In this document: positions 41,501 through 50,057 of the stretch, in pieces
Layout: every line of letters begins with the position of its first letter
Numbering within the stretch: position 1 is the first letter of the stretch
From: Antedon mediterranea
Lineage: Eukaryota; Animalia; Echinodermata
Direction: 5' to 3'
Length of the DNA stretch: 64,000 bases
Assembly (NCBI RefSeq): GCF_964355755.1
Contig: NC_092680.1
Span: 7,564,001-7,628,000, forward strand
Translations under genes and position numbers: made by a program
The notes under the pieces: model-generated
The model's database searches: none
What the model saw: only the letters and a program-made list of their open reading frames with translations
What the model was told of the DNA's origin: nothing

Positions 41501-44500
41501 TAAACGAAGCATTCAAAACAGGACGGTAAACTATAAACGCTGAACATCGTATACCTATTTATTATTTTTATATGGATCGTAAATACACGTAATATTTATA
41601 TGAAATACAAAAAGATGTATTGTAGACAGTCCTACTACTACTACGCAATCTGATGAATAGGGGGAAATCCCCAAAACATTTTGCGGGTAGAATTTTTTTT
41701 TTTTTTTAAATTCCACCCTCAACCGGAAACAAGCTATTTTTTAATTTTGGCCTAGTTATTACAATGTTTTTTAATTTTGGCCTTGGTGCCCCTTCGATTT
41801 AAAACAAATGGCCTTGGTGCCCTCCCATTTGGCCTTGGTGCCCCTAAAATCAATGAAAACCGGAGGCCAAATGGCCTTGCCCCTAAAATCCCCAAATTCG
41901 AGGCCTGTCAATATAATTAATCGTATGTTGTTGTAATGGTATATACTGTACATAAAGTTTACCTACGCAATAATTCCACTGTATGCTGGTTGCCATGTCA
42001 GAAAATAGCTATCTAGTTTTTATGCTGAACTTTAAGCAGCTAATTTCATGCATCCACCTTGTAAGTGGATGAGGATCAATATTAATGTGATTTGTTCATT
42101 GAACTATCTTTGAAGAAGGTTTTTACAGTAGATAAGGTGTTTGCAAATAATAGATGATTGACTAGGATATTTGAGATGCTAGTAAAAGAGATGCGAGATA
42201 TATTCAATTCAATAGACTAATTATTTACAGCATGAAGGAAAAAATAAATTGTTTTTTCCTCCATGTTTACAGTTAATACGTACTGTATTCAGATAGTACT
42301 GTAGTGCAAGTCCATGATTGTAATGCAATTTAAGTATTAAGCTTCTGGTCACATGGTCGGGAGTTAAACACATATGTGCATCGCTTGTGTCCTAAAGACA
42401 CTTTACTTACTGTACGTATGCCTCTCTTCAGTCTGGTACGAATGGGTAGGCCTACTGTATATCATTAAAGCATACTCTGAATATTAATATTATAATCAAC
42501 TTGAATATAAAGTGGATTGTGTGCAATTTAAAAGTATATATTCCATTTGATGATACCCAGTTTTGTAGATCATATTTCACTAGTAAAATTGCTAAGATCT
42601 TGGCTAAATATCAATGAAGCATTACAGTATCAGCTACAATGTGAAATGAATACCTGGCTATGTATCTGCGATAAAAGTAAACATTATTTTGAAATAGTGT
42701 TCTAAAGAAAAGAGAAACCAGTTGTTGTAATATTGCAATATGATTACCAGATAAAAATATGAAAAACTAACAGATTTATTTTATATTTTTAAGTAATAGT
42801 ATGTTAAATATTGAATTGAAAATGGTTGTCATTAAATTTTATTGTAAACTTTTGTAATTGTTTAATTTTCTGTGTTAAGGCCAATTTACACAAACGAGCG
42901 GTTAACGGTAAGCGGTAAACTTGAGTGGAAAACGCAAAAATAGAATCTATGTTATTTCTTATAACCATTTACACAGAACACGGAGCGGACGAGCGGTTGA
43001 GCGGAAATCCACTCAGGATCGAAACAGATTAGATTTTGTGAAAACACAGCACGGTAATTTTGGATTCTGGCCAACCAACGACATGATTGAAATGACGTCA
43101 TCTATCAACAACTTTTTTTTGCGTCCGGCCGTCGAGTCAAAGACGACAATAAATATGAGTGTCGTAGTAGGCCTAGCCTAGTTTGCAACTTCTTTTTATT
43201 CAGAAATACAAAAACCTACGACGTGACTAATTGTTCGTATAAGGATAGTGAAAAAAATATACATTTTAATACGTTATTAGGCAACAGGTCCCTCTAAAAC
43301 TTAGGCCTGTGTGTACTAGGCCTACTGACACAGTAAGTCACATCCAGGCAGCAGTGACTGTAACATGCATTAGCCTCGAGGCCTACACGCACCTACTTTC
43401 CACCACTCCGTTCGCGAACTCCGCGCGCTGTGTAAATGGGAAAAGCCACACGGTTTTTCGCTTACAATTACCGCTTACCGTTATCGCTCGTCGGTGTAAA
43501 TTGGCCTTTAGTAGTTTAGTTTTTACATATAAGTGTGCTGCAGATGTACTGTGTACTTTCAATAAATTATTATTATTTAGCAACAAAATTAACATTACTT
43601 GCTTATATTATAATGTCCAGTTAAAGACTATTATGCAGATCAACAATACACCTTATACTTTAATACTATTATTGTTAGCAGTTTACCATTAAACTCCTCT
43701 TGTTTATTATCAAACGCACTAAACAAACATTTGAGCAAGATAATTGTATGATGAATGAATGCATAATAATATTTTAATGACACTAACCTTGCCATTCTCT
43801 GCAGACGAATCAATACAGCCAACTTGGATATTTCCATGGTTAGCTCCTGGAATGACCTGTACATGTGCATGGTTACTGTCTAAAATCACGATGTCACAGC
43901 CTGATGCATAGGCCTGTAATAAAAACATACCAAAATACACAATTAATTAACTTTTCAGTAGTTTCGACAAAAACTTTCAGTAGTAATAGTATAGTAAATA
44001 GATAGAACATTTCAGTAATAATAATAATAATAATAACTTTAGTGTATCTCTTTTTTAACAGAGGCACTATCCACAAGGGATGTGCAACAAAATAATATAA
44101 TACAGTAGTACACAGATAATAGTAAACACTTAATTGGTTACAATATAAATGAAAGTACAAGTGATTTAAAAGGAAAAAAAAAATACTGAAACTAAAGTAC
44201 AAATTAAAGTAAAAAAGTACTGTATATTTAAATATTTAAATATGTAGTACAAAAATCGATAATGTAATTTAAAAGTATTATAAATTTCATTGCGTTCTTT
44301 CCATGCAATTGTTAAGAATAGTTTTTTTACGCATCACAGCATTTATTTTCATGTTTCTGAGCGTGTGCAGAATGATTTTCCGACGTGTCAGTTGGTTGGC
44401 ATCATGAAAACGAAAGACAACCCACCACATTGCGTTTCGACACTCATATGGTCGGGGGAGTGTTTGTGGTATTTAGGTAATTGACAAGTTCATAGTAATT

Positions 44501-47460
44501 ATTGTGTTTGTTTGGGGTTTCCCATAATTTTGAAGAAAAATCATAATTTTGCATATTTTATGTGAATTTTTATTGTATTCATCTCTATTTGTGTACAAAT
44601 CAATTTTGTAAGCAGTAGTAGAAAAAAATTTCATTATAGTATTGATATTTGAATCATGGAACTATAAATACGGTATTTGTCAAGAAAAAGGTAAAAAAAT
44701 TATGCAATCAACCACAAATAGTTGCTGGTACTTTATATTCATTTATTGTAAACTAAAGTTTGTACGCCAGTAAATAATTGTTAAAGTAATGTTACTGTTT
44801 TCATTATCTAATGATATATATTGTTTATTTCATATAAATTAGTGTTTTAATAATTGTTAGAAAATGTAACATGTGTTTAACAAATTCCATCAAAAAACTA
44901 CGAAAACCACTTTTGAAGAAAACTTTTCTTTTAGGGATTTTTAATACCATGCATGTTTGATTTATTATAATTTTTGTTATTTTTATTTAATTTTAATGTT
45001 TTCTTCTTTTTTTTAAAATCATTTTGTAATTTAATATCTATTATTCTGTAGTATCTTTTGTACAATTCATCAGCAAAAAAAAAATAAATAAAATAAATAA
45101 ATAAATAAAGAAAATGTTGTTATATAAATATTGTGAATGCATTGAATATAATAATTAATAATTAGCAACAATTTGTAATACACAGTGATGTGCAACGATT
45201 TATTAACATTATTGATTGTTTCTGTAGAAACTGTATTAAAGGTAGCTTGGTCTGATTGAAGCATAGTAGCTTTGGTTACCATAGCACATTAACGCATTTA
45301 GCTAACAATCACATTGTAAAATATTAAAGCATGTCATTGTCATGTACAGTAAATCATATGGTTTATGGTGTCAGTTGCACACTTGATACTTTGGGGTATA
45401 CCCATGCGGGGGCGTAGTTTGCGGATTAATCCATTATTTTTAGGAAATTTTCAAGAAACTTTTCATTTATTCAGTTGAAGATTTAGTAAATTCAATAGTG
45501 GTACGTTGAGGTGTACCAATGTGGAGACGTACAGTAGTTTGCAAATTAATCCATTATTTGTATATAGGGCATTTTCAAGGGACTTTTCATATCATTGGTT
45601 TATCCAGACCAGTCAGATAGTAAAGATACACTCAAGTATTCTAATACTTTTTAATGACAATACAGGCATTATTGAATCTTTTTTAAGCAAACTTTTATTT
45701 TCTACTGTGTAATCTTTATTTAGATGCATGACTGAATAAATACAAAATACAGTATACTGTAAATGGTGATTAAATGGTGATTAAATTGGTCTTAAATGGT
45801 TCCCATTATAAATAACCAAGGTCCAAATATTACAGATTACTATAACAATAGGATTAAAAGATAAAGTGTGTCTGGATAATCAACTTTCATTACCAGCAAG
45901 GACAATATACAGTCGACTTCCAACTGTATAATTTGAGAAAATTTAGACCAAATTATAATTCTTTATTACGAGTAAAGCAGAGGGTTAGGTTTAGTTATAT
46001 TTAGGAAAGAGGTCGGCTATCCTTAACTTTCAGGCCTTGAATTTAGGTTTTTTAGGGGCACGGCCAGTTGGGCCTTGGTTTTTCGTTAATTAGAGAGGCA
46101 GCAAGGCCAACTTGGAAGGCACCAAGTCAATTATTTAATTAATAAATTTAATTATTTATTCTAGTATAGAATAGTAGCCTACTTATAATAGTTTAGAATT
46201 AAGGAAAAGTAATGATATTTATACTGAAACGCGATTTCTTGTAACTTAGGGTGATTCCCCTTCTTCCATATACGGCAGCTGTGGAAACGCACGATACTGG
46301 ATGAGAGCGAAATACATGTGATATGGGTAATTATAGGCTATGTGTTCAAGCTCGAGCGGGAATCGAGGGTATTTCTATTTTGTAAACATTGTTGCGAAAA
46401 CGGCCGATGAAGTCTCCCATTATCCAATATTATTAATAATGCACTATTTCGTGCTGGCCTACAAAAAAAAAATTGGCCGCGGTAAATTTGAGGCCCGAAC
46501 GTTAGTGTCATGACCAATCACAAGGAACGCAGTTTTTTTTTCTCTTTTGTGGTGTAATCTACCACATTTATTCGTTCATCATAATTATTACAAATACATA
46601 TTGACAATGACATATTACTCTCTATTTTTTCCCATTATTTTCTTGAATTTAGAAAACTCAAGGTTATAGTAAATAAATGCATAAATAATGTTTACAATAG
46701 TATAGAGTGTAGTATATACATCAGTATATCTAAAATCAGGAGGTGGGTACACTATGAATGATTAATAAAAAGTATCTTATATATTGTAAATATATGAATG
46801 TACATAAAAACAAGGAACGCAGTTGACATCTTTTCTCCAATGGCAAGTTAATTTTTGCATAATATGTAGACAAAAATGAACAATGTCCGTAAATGGGCTG
46901 GAATCCCGGCTGGAATTTCAGTGGTGAATTATGGACGTTCCACAGATGCCTAGATCTGTTTATTCGGATATGCAGAAAACTAATCTAGGCTGGTGAAGTC
47001 TGCTATTCCATGACTTTGCCATTTTATGTTGGTTTTTGTTGAAACTAGAGTGTCCATGCTAGAGCTAGGTATACGTACGTACACACACACACACGTACGT
47101 TATTTTTACATTGAGGGCGCTGCATATAAATATTAAAGATAATTATAATAACTAGACTAAATGTAGACTTTTCATTATAATTTTCCGATAGTGGTATATT
47201 CAGTGTATACATTATAACAACAGTTTATGAAATCTCTTGTGTGTTGCATATAAAAACACAACAATTGCAAACCAAAATCAGCTGCCGAAGGGAGCTGCCC
47301 ACTTTCACACCAAAAACACCACCACAAACAGTTCAGTTGGGATGAATCAAAATAAAGCACCATCAATACCTACCGTAAATGGCACTCCATCAACGTATCC
47401 TACGGCAAAACAGTTTTCACCAGGATTGACAGCACCAGTTAAAACTTGGTGTCTATTCAT
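2418..47460 (-). CDS. DMXL2: DmX-like protein / Rabconnectin-3 alpha (WD40 + Rav1p_C; V-ATPase assembly factor); 27 exons in window, 3' end lies outside the window
   Basis: Starts MNRHQVLTGAVNPGENCF and contains GHRFRLNDLQCHPILPLLLTTSHH, LPQYHPKQLMELL, WRKAALKNAYALLGKQRF, FNFYNYLRTHPLL. All 27 exons have AG/GT boundaries with matching phases (8,741 nt). Co-orthologue of vertebrate DMXL1/DMXL2. Confidence 0.96.
2890..3190 (+). mobile_element. tRNA-derived SINE family S1
   Basis: A-box-like gagtggcccagctgtt head and (TAA)n tail; shares ccatattaacatcggcaagggttta and gtgtactagtatac.cacagccactg with the copy at 22615-22950. Confidence 0.75.
3360..3790. repeat. Degenerate (GAT/AAT)n low-complexity tract
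   Basis: Repeated atg/ata triplets. Confidence 0.7.
3885..4034. mobile_element. MITE family A (AAGCTCTGTCTACACTAT TIR), full copy; others at 5996-6115, 10395-10544, 17155-17240, 34325-34452, 37773-37923
   Basis: TIR pair aagctctgtctacac/gtagacagagctt; internal gtgcccatatatggacatgatgatgtcatatcactac; TA or TWA flanks. Confidence 0.85.
4120..4555. mobile_element. Degenerate copy of family C (Kolobok-like)
   Basis: Shares ccagctaggcctacaaaactaagcct and ggtagtgcattgttt with 6193-6807. Confidence 0.7.
6193..6807. mobile_element. Non-autonomous TTAA element family C (Kolobok-like); another copy at 60452-60846
   Basis: TTAA|AGCCCCATTCCCTAC...GCAGGGAAGGGGTCT|TTAA; purine-purine termini with TTAA TSD. 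Confidence 0.78.
6811..6947. repeat. Long near-perfect inverted repeat (foldback element)
   Basis: cgtgtaatggtacaaa...gaaaggttatatcaac / gttgatataacctttc...tttgtaccattacacg. Confidence 0.9.
7325..7438 (-). CDS. DMXL2: DMXL exon 26
   Basis: VDSTL...KVRVIHKEPEKISAFCFNQ. Confidence 0.88.
7951..8068 (-). CDS. DMXL2: DMXL exon 25
   Basis: ALPAKRLWNFLVRQDQTQETFIKYIFKKK. Confidence 0.92.
8230..8440 (+). mobile_element. Degenerate RTE-like LINE 3' remnant
   Basis: Translates to DVLMWQPKHGLAKQERPALIDVL, resembling the RTE C-terminal W.P..G.R.RGRP motif; gtaa-repeat tail. Confidence 0.5.
8671..10116 (-). mobile_element. Non-autonomous Helentron/Helitron2-type element (HINE-like)
   Basis: 5' subTIR+IR hairpin at 10082-10116; 3' subTIR at 8701-8714 followed by stem-loop 8680-8700 and CTAG|TTT end; no TSD. 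Confidence 0.72.
10134..10338 (-). CDS. DMXL2: DMXL exon 24
   Basis: ELPVSSPLLHSILKLLEQW...GPAILKYKAMLEPDNTPF. Confidence 0.93.
11228..11465 (-). CDS. DMXL2: DMXL exon 23
   Basis: PYVKS...YDSAES...EHSDFNSYSWCLMRF...GIELA. Confidence 0.9.
12433..12590 (-). CDS. DMXL2: DMXL exon 22
   Basis: ...YREKFVPPESSVIDFLMVK; |GTAAGT. Confidence 0.9.
12689..12946 (-). CDS. DMXL2: DMXL exon 21
   Basis: GVAQLQTLL...LCEGLLAIYISLL...WAAVFGGGA. Confidence 0.92.
13162..15179 (-). CDS. DMXL2: DMXL exon 20 (2,018 nt)
   Basis: 695-aa ORF; WRKAALKNAYALLGKQRF, FDWSQP, LATGFEVEGGQLRYQLYQWLE. Confidence 0.95.
15820..16640 (+). mobile_element. 5'-truncated RTE-clade LINE, 3' end, antisense in DMXL intron
   Basis: LYNSLVKSILLYNSETWGLT...HRQQLCKIIGIRFPDRISN...RWRL*GHILR...GRPRT; in-frame stops; (ATA)n tail. 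Confidence 0.85.
16658..16755 (-). CDS. DMXL2: DMXL exon 19
   Basis: VAKSQFQTNKDPLDAALFYLAMKKKTVVWGLYR. Confidence 0.94.
17311..17499 (-). CDS. DMXL2: DMXL exon 18
   Basis: HYAWAFHSEAEEELL...WDELKAMGVAWWVR. Confidence 0.93.
17903..17991 (-). CDS. DMXL2: DMXL exon 17
   Basis: GETLDECGVRFLLAMRFHTCLLKSLP (Rav1p_C region). Confidence 0.92.
18089..18148 (-). CDS. DMXL2: DMXL exon 16 (60 nt, symmetric phase 1-1)
   Basis: AIGKEGAGYASKGNTDSTHA; TACAG| and G|GTAAAC. Confidence 0.75.
18725..20809 (-). CDS. DMXL2: DMXL exon 15 (2,085 nt)
   Basis: Within 734-aa ORF; AGHLSSSSIYPSC, WVSKEDGSHMLTVGVG, LPQYHPKQLMELL. Confidence 0.95.
22280..22487 (-). CDS. DMXL2: DMXL exon 14
   Basis: NWQNVQLMHAFQHQFI...FEEQFFLVVVE...IHMWYIHL. 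Confidence 0.88.
22615..22950 (-). mobile_element. tRNA-derived SINE family S1
   Basis: Minus-strand gagtggccaagcggttgagac head; colinear with 2890-3190. Confidence 0.75.
23060..23206 (-). CDS. DMXL2: DMXL exon 13
   Basis: GYLSSS...NVISLQSTSRPGCIIELNKL. Confidence 0.88.
23478..24739 (-). CDS. DMXL2: DMXL exon 12
   Basis: Covers ORF 23454-24713; LFAIHPVDGSFLLW, ELILWRVFPVGPLSKSGGVMELARINS. Confidence 0.94.
25872..26024. mobile_element. Harbinger-like MITE family D, nested in a CAGTAGAAC-type MITE; others at 47880-48000, 35070-35300, 59750-59846, 63030-63310
   Basis: TTA|TGCTTGGTTCCCACTAG...CTAGTGAGAACCAAGCA|TTA. Confidence 0.8.
26111..26158 (-). CDS. DMXL2: DMXL exon 11 (48 nt, symmetric phase 1-1)
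   Basis: ETPTPPVDEDELNSK; strong polypyrimidine acceptor, |GTAATT donor. Confidence 0.7.
26328..26594. mobile_element. Kolobok-like MITE family B; others at 29667-29946, 32540-32620, 37656-37730, 58494-58796, 63690-63924
   Basis: TTAA|AGATGTATTGTCCC...GGGACAATACATCT|TTAA. Confidence 0.85.
26630..26830 (-). CDS. DMXL2: DMXL exon 10
   Basis: DIPLLPALSSM...FVVNWLNNKEL. Confidence 0.88.
27210..27376 (-). CDS. DMXL2: DMXL exon 9
   Basis: KRKKSNEQ...VHFHIASTINPNT. Confidence 0.85.
28497..28685 (-). CDS. DMXL2: DMXL exon 8
   Basis: GSVANILVTSCRDNICRIWCETLLP...; donor AG|GTTTGG less certain. Confidence 0.85.
31449..31618 (-). CDS. DMXL2: DMXL exon 7
   Basis: ADRLVKIW...YIAHPRAITGFSWRKTSKYMPK. 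Confidence 0.92.
32418..32484 (-). CDS. DMXL2: DMXL exon 6
   Basis: TSTPVYHLKFSPDGQYFASAGK (WD40 repeat). Confidence 0.9.
32873..33023 (-). CDS. DMXL2: DMXL exon 5
   Basis: GSKLLTGSDSIQLW...WECIWQCK; phase 1 to 2. Confidence 0.9.
33495..33741. repeat. Imperfect direct duplication of about 90 bp (33495-33583 and 33649-33741)
   Basis: gtacattatact.gga.tatcctgatttgc...agtcgtaaag.gaaaatattttcactgaactct occurs twice. Confidence 0.85.
35378..35549. mobile_element. TA-flanked MITE (Tc1/mariner-like)
   Basis: TA|CAGTGTAGAACCT...AGGTTCTACTG|TA; internal cgtaaaa repeats. Confidence 0.65.
36164..36370. repeat. Imperfect direct duplication of about 65 bp
   Basis: cacaaaatagacag.tatggagtcaacttgga...aaaatggctagcaat occurs twice. 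Confidence 0.8.
36495..36576 (-). CDS. DMXL2: DMXL exon 4
   Basis: KILAYEWKQYGCFKLDSLASNLSWNQD; phase 0 to 1. Confidence 0.88.
36840..37295. repeat. Tandem duplication, about 245-bp period
   Basis: ttttaagagca.cattttaatcagttact...gtttctgctgccaagga...gtgatgatacagaataataatgc occurs twice. Confidence 0.88.
38001..38069 (-). CDS. DMXL2: DMXL exon 3
   Basis: IAASYANQVYLFEPVPTENKGTS; |GTAAGT donor. Confidence 0.9.
39095..39781. mobile_element. Non-autonomous Tc1/mariner (pogo-like) element
   Basis: TA|CCGTACTGACGCGGGTATAAGCCCA...TGGGCTTATACCCACGTCAGTACGG|TA; four subterminal gggcttataccc repeats. Confidence 0.88.
40219..41907. mobile_element. 1.69-kb non-autonomous TIR transposon with 6-bp TSD (hAT-like termini)
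   Basis: TCAATA|CAGGCCTCGAATTT...AAATTCGAGGCCTG|TCAATA; subterminal ggccttggtgccc repeats. Confidence 0.88.
42350..42452 (+). mobile_element. Degenerate copy of SINE family S2
   Basis: gcttgtgtcctaaagacactttacttac...gcctctct...aatgggta matches the reverse complement of 48340-48415. Confidence 0.55.
42878..43507. mobile_element. PIF/Harbinger-like non-autonomous element; fragment at about 38260-38440
   Basis: TTA|AGGCCAATTTACAC..ACGAGCG.T.AACGGTAAGCGGTAA ... TTACCGCTTACCGTTATCGCTCGT..GTGTAAATTGGCCT|TTA. Confidence 0.88.
43788..43913 (-). CDS. DMXL2: DMXL exon 2
   Basis: AYASGCDIVILDSN...SAENGK; TACAG| and |GTTAGT. Confidence 0.93.
46031..46497. mobile_element. Internally deleted, inverted relative of the 40219-41907 element
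   Basis: AACTTT|CAGGCCTTGAATTT...GGCCGCGGTAAATTTGAGGCCCG|AACGTT. Confidence 0.75.
47374..47460 (-). CDS. DMXL2: DMXL exon 1 (87 nt)
   Basis: MNRHQVLTGAVNPGENCFAVGYVDGVPFT; donor ACG|GTAGGT. Confidence 0.93.
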
Positions 47461-47580
47461 GTTGACAGTTTTAAGCTCTAAACTAGCAAAAATTGCTATT
47501 TTAAGTACCGGTATTTTCTTCTCGCAACATTTTGACAACCATCTTGTGACACCATGGTCATTCAATAAAACGAAAGTTTA

Positions 47581-47596
47581 CCAGGAGAGGGCGCTA
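47581..47596 (+). promoter_or_regulatory. CTCF-like motif about 120 bp upstream of the DMXL ATG
   Basis: CCAGGAGAGGGCGCTA versus CTCF core CCACCAGRGGGCGCTA; motif match only. Confidence 0.4.
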
Positions 47597-48169
47597 TACA
47601 AGATATTTAAAGTGTCGGCAGAATAAAGTCAAGTGAAAAGAAAAATCAACCACACGCAAAACAGCGCTAAACACGGGAATATAAAACATTTTTTTTATTG
47701 TAACAAATTAATAATACTAAGAGAAATCAATATAATTAATGAACAATAGTTATAATTAACAAAATTATAAATAAAAACATACATTTTATTTTGAAAGATG
47801 TGTGGAAAAAGCGAAATTAATTAGTTTAAGTTTATTAAACTTTCCAAAAAGTATCGTTTAAAATAGCTTCATTTGCTAAAGCTTGGTTCCCACTAGAACG
47901 TAACGCAAGGACGTAAACGCAACGTAAGCGTTTTAACTAATGACAAGGTCAATTCACTTGCTTTACGTCCTTGCGTTGCGTCGCTAGTGGGAACCAAGCT
48001 TTAGGGTTATGCACTTAGAACCTTAAGAACATTATGTGTCAGCAATGCATTTATATTGCTCAATTATTTTTCCACACTAAACTTTCAACGAATAAATACA
48101 TTGTATTTATTAATATGATATTCATACTCACTTACACAGTTGAGATATGAGCCAATATGCTTAAAATTA

Positions 48170-48485
48170 TCATTATATAATAATACCACATTATATAGCG
48201 CCCTTTTCATGAGTAATCATGCTCAAAGGCGCTTTACAAGCATTATTACCCCAGTATTTTTTTGGGATCAAACACGTATGTTAACATACTCCCATAATGC
48301 AGCCGGTAACCAGCGCAAAGTTGTGTCTAGATCTAACTGGGTACCCATTTACACACCTGGGTGGAGTGGAGAGAGGCAACGTAAGTAAAGTATCTTGCCT
48401 ACGGATACAAGCAATGCGGCGAGAGTTGGATTCGAACCTAGGTCTGACGATCGGTAGTCCAACGTCCAATACACTGCGCCACATT
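48170..48485 (-). mobile_element. tRNA-derived SINE family S2 (Deu/Nin-domain-like, L2-type tail)
   Basis: A box GTGGCGCAGTG, B box GGTTCGAATCC, core CCACCCAGGTGTGTAAATGGGTACC, tail GTAAAGCGCCTTTGAGCAT...GGCGCTATATAA. Confidence 0.8.
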
Positions 48486-48743
48486 TTGGTTGCGATCGAA
48501 CGAAGTGATATTAGGATCTAGATAAGTTATTTTATTTTTATAGTGAACGTTGGCTACGTCTGTATTTTATTTTATATGCAACAAATGACGTAAAATGTAT
48601 TAATAAACCGTATTTTACTATTAGTATTATAATACTGTACAAACAACATTTTGATAATTAAGCAAACCCACGGCAGGCGTCCTAACCTCCAAATTTAGCA
48701 ATTTTGAATTAAGTTAGAAAAGTCGGCTTGAAAGCAGCAGCCA

Positions 48744-49690
48744 TTAGTTTAGCACTGTGCGCTACCATACCTATTTTGTTGGTACTCGCGCACAGTTACA
48801 ATAAATAGGATTTAGTTTAGCACTGTGCGCTACCATACCCATTTTGGTTGTAGTCGCGCACAGTGATAATAAATAGGATTTAGTTTAGCATTGTGCGCTA
48901 CCATACCGATTTTGGTTGCACTCGCGCACAGTGATAATAAATAGAATTTAGTTTAACACTGTGCGCTACTATACCCATTTTGGTTGCACTCGAGCACAGT
49001 TATAATAAATAGGATTTAGTTTAGCATTGTGCGCTACTATACCCATTTTGGTTGCACTCGCGCACAGTGATAATAAATAGAATTTAGTTTAACACTGTGC
49101 GCTACTATACCCATTTTGGTTGCACTCGCGCACAGTGATAATAAATAGAATTTAGTTTAACACTGTGCGCTACTATACCCATTTTGGTTGCACTCGAGAG
49201 CACAGTGATAATAATAGGATTTAGTTTAGCACTGTGCGCTACTATACCCACTTTGGTTGCACGCACTCGCGCACAGTGGTAATAAATAGGATTTATTTTA
49301 GCACTGTGCGCTACTATACCCGTTTTGGTTGTACTCGCGCACAGTGATAATAAATAGGATTTAGATTAGCACTGTGTGCTACTATACCCATTTTGGTAGC
49401 ACTCGAGCACAGTGATAATAAATAGTATTTAGTTTAGCACTGTGCACTGCTATATCCATTTTAGGTTGTACTAGAGCACAGTGATAATAGGATATGAATA
49501 AAATCAATGAGAAGTTTGGCACTGTGCTACTATACCTATTTTGGTTGTACTGTACTTGGGCACAGTGATAATGAATAGGATACGATTAAAATCAGTGTAA
49601 AGCTTACAACTAGAAGTTTAGTACTGTGCGCTACTGTACACATTTTGGTTGTACTTGTGCATAATGATAATGAATAGGATACGATTAAAA
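48744..49690. repeat. Minisatellite, 68-bp unit, about 13 copies (last two degenerate)
   Basis: ttagtttagcactgtgcgctac.atacccattttggttgcactcgcgcacagtgataataaatagga repeated. Confidence 0.95.
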
Positions 49691-50057
49691 TCTATAATCT
49701 ATTTATTGTTAGTTTTTACCACGTGATACAAGATTATAACAATTCCCCGCCCCATCCTGACTGGGTATATGTTCTGTGGAACATTGTATTTCTAGTGGTT
49801 TTTGTTCTATATTCTTTTGTTCTATTATGTAATACACTTTATCTCTTTTGTTGAACAGTTAATTTGCATATGAAAGCGAATGGACCTAGGCTTGGTTGAT
49901 GGAATTAATTCTGATGATGTTAATCAAAGCCGTCTTTGCCTTATTAGGAAAAGTAACTATAGTACGGTACTTGAGCGCCTAGCGTTTTAGGTCTCCAAAA
50001 ATATCAGGAAAAACATGAAAATACTGCTAGTTGCTGTCTTAGAGGGTGCGAAAGTTG

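Noticed and set aside
48140-48521. Short ORFs or a tRNA gene
   Set aside because: Explained by a tRNA-derived SINE; no complete acceptor stem.
48744-49690. CRISPR array
   Set aside because: The sequences between palindromes are near-identical rather than unique spacers, there are no cas genes, and the context is eukaryotic.
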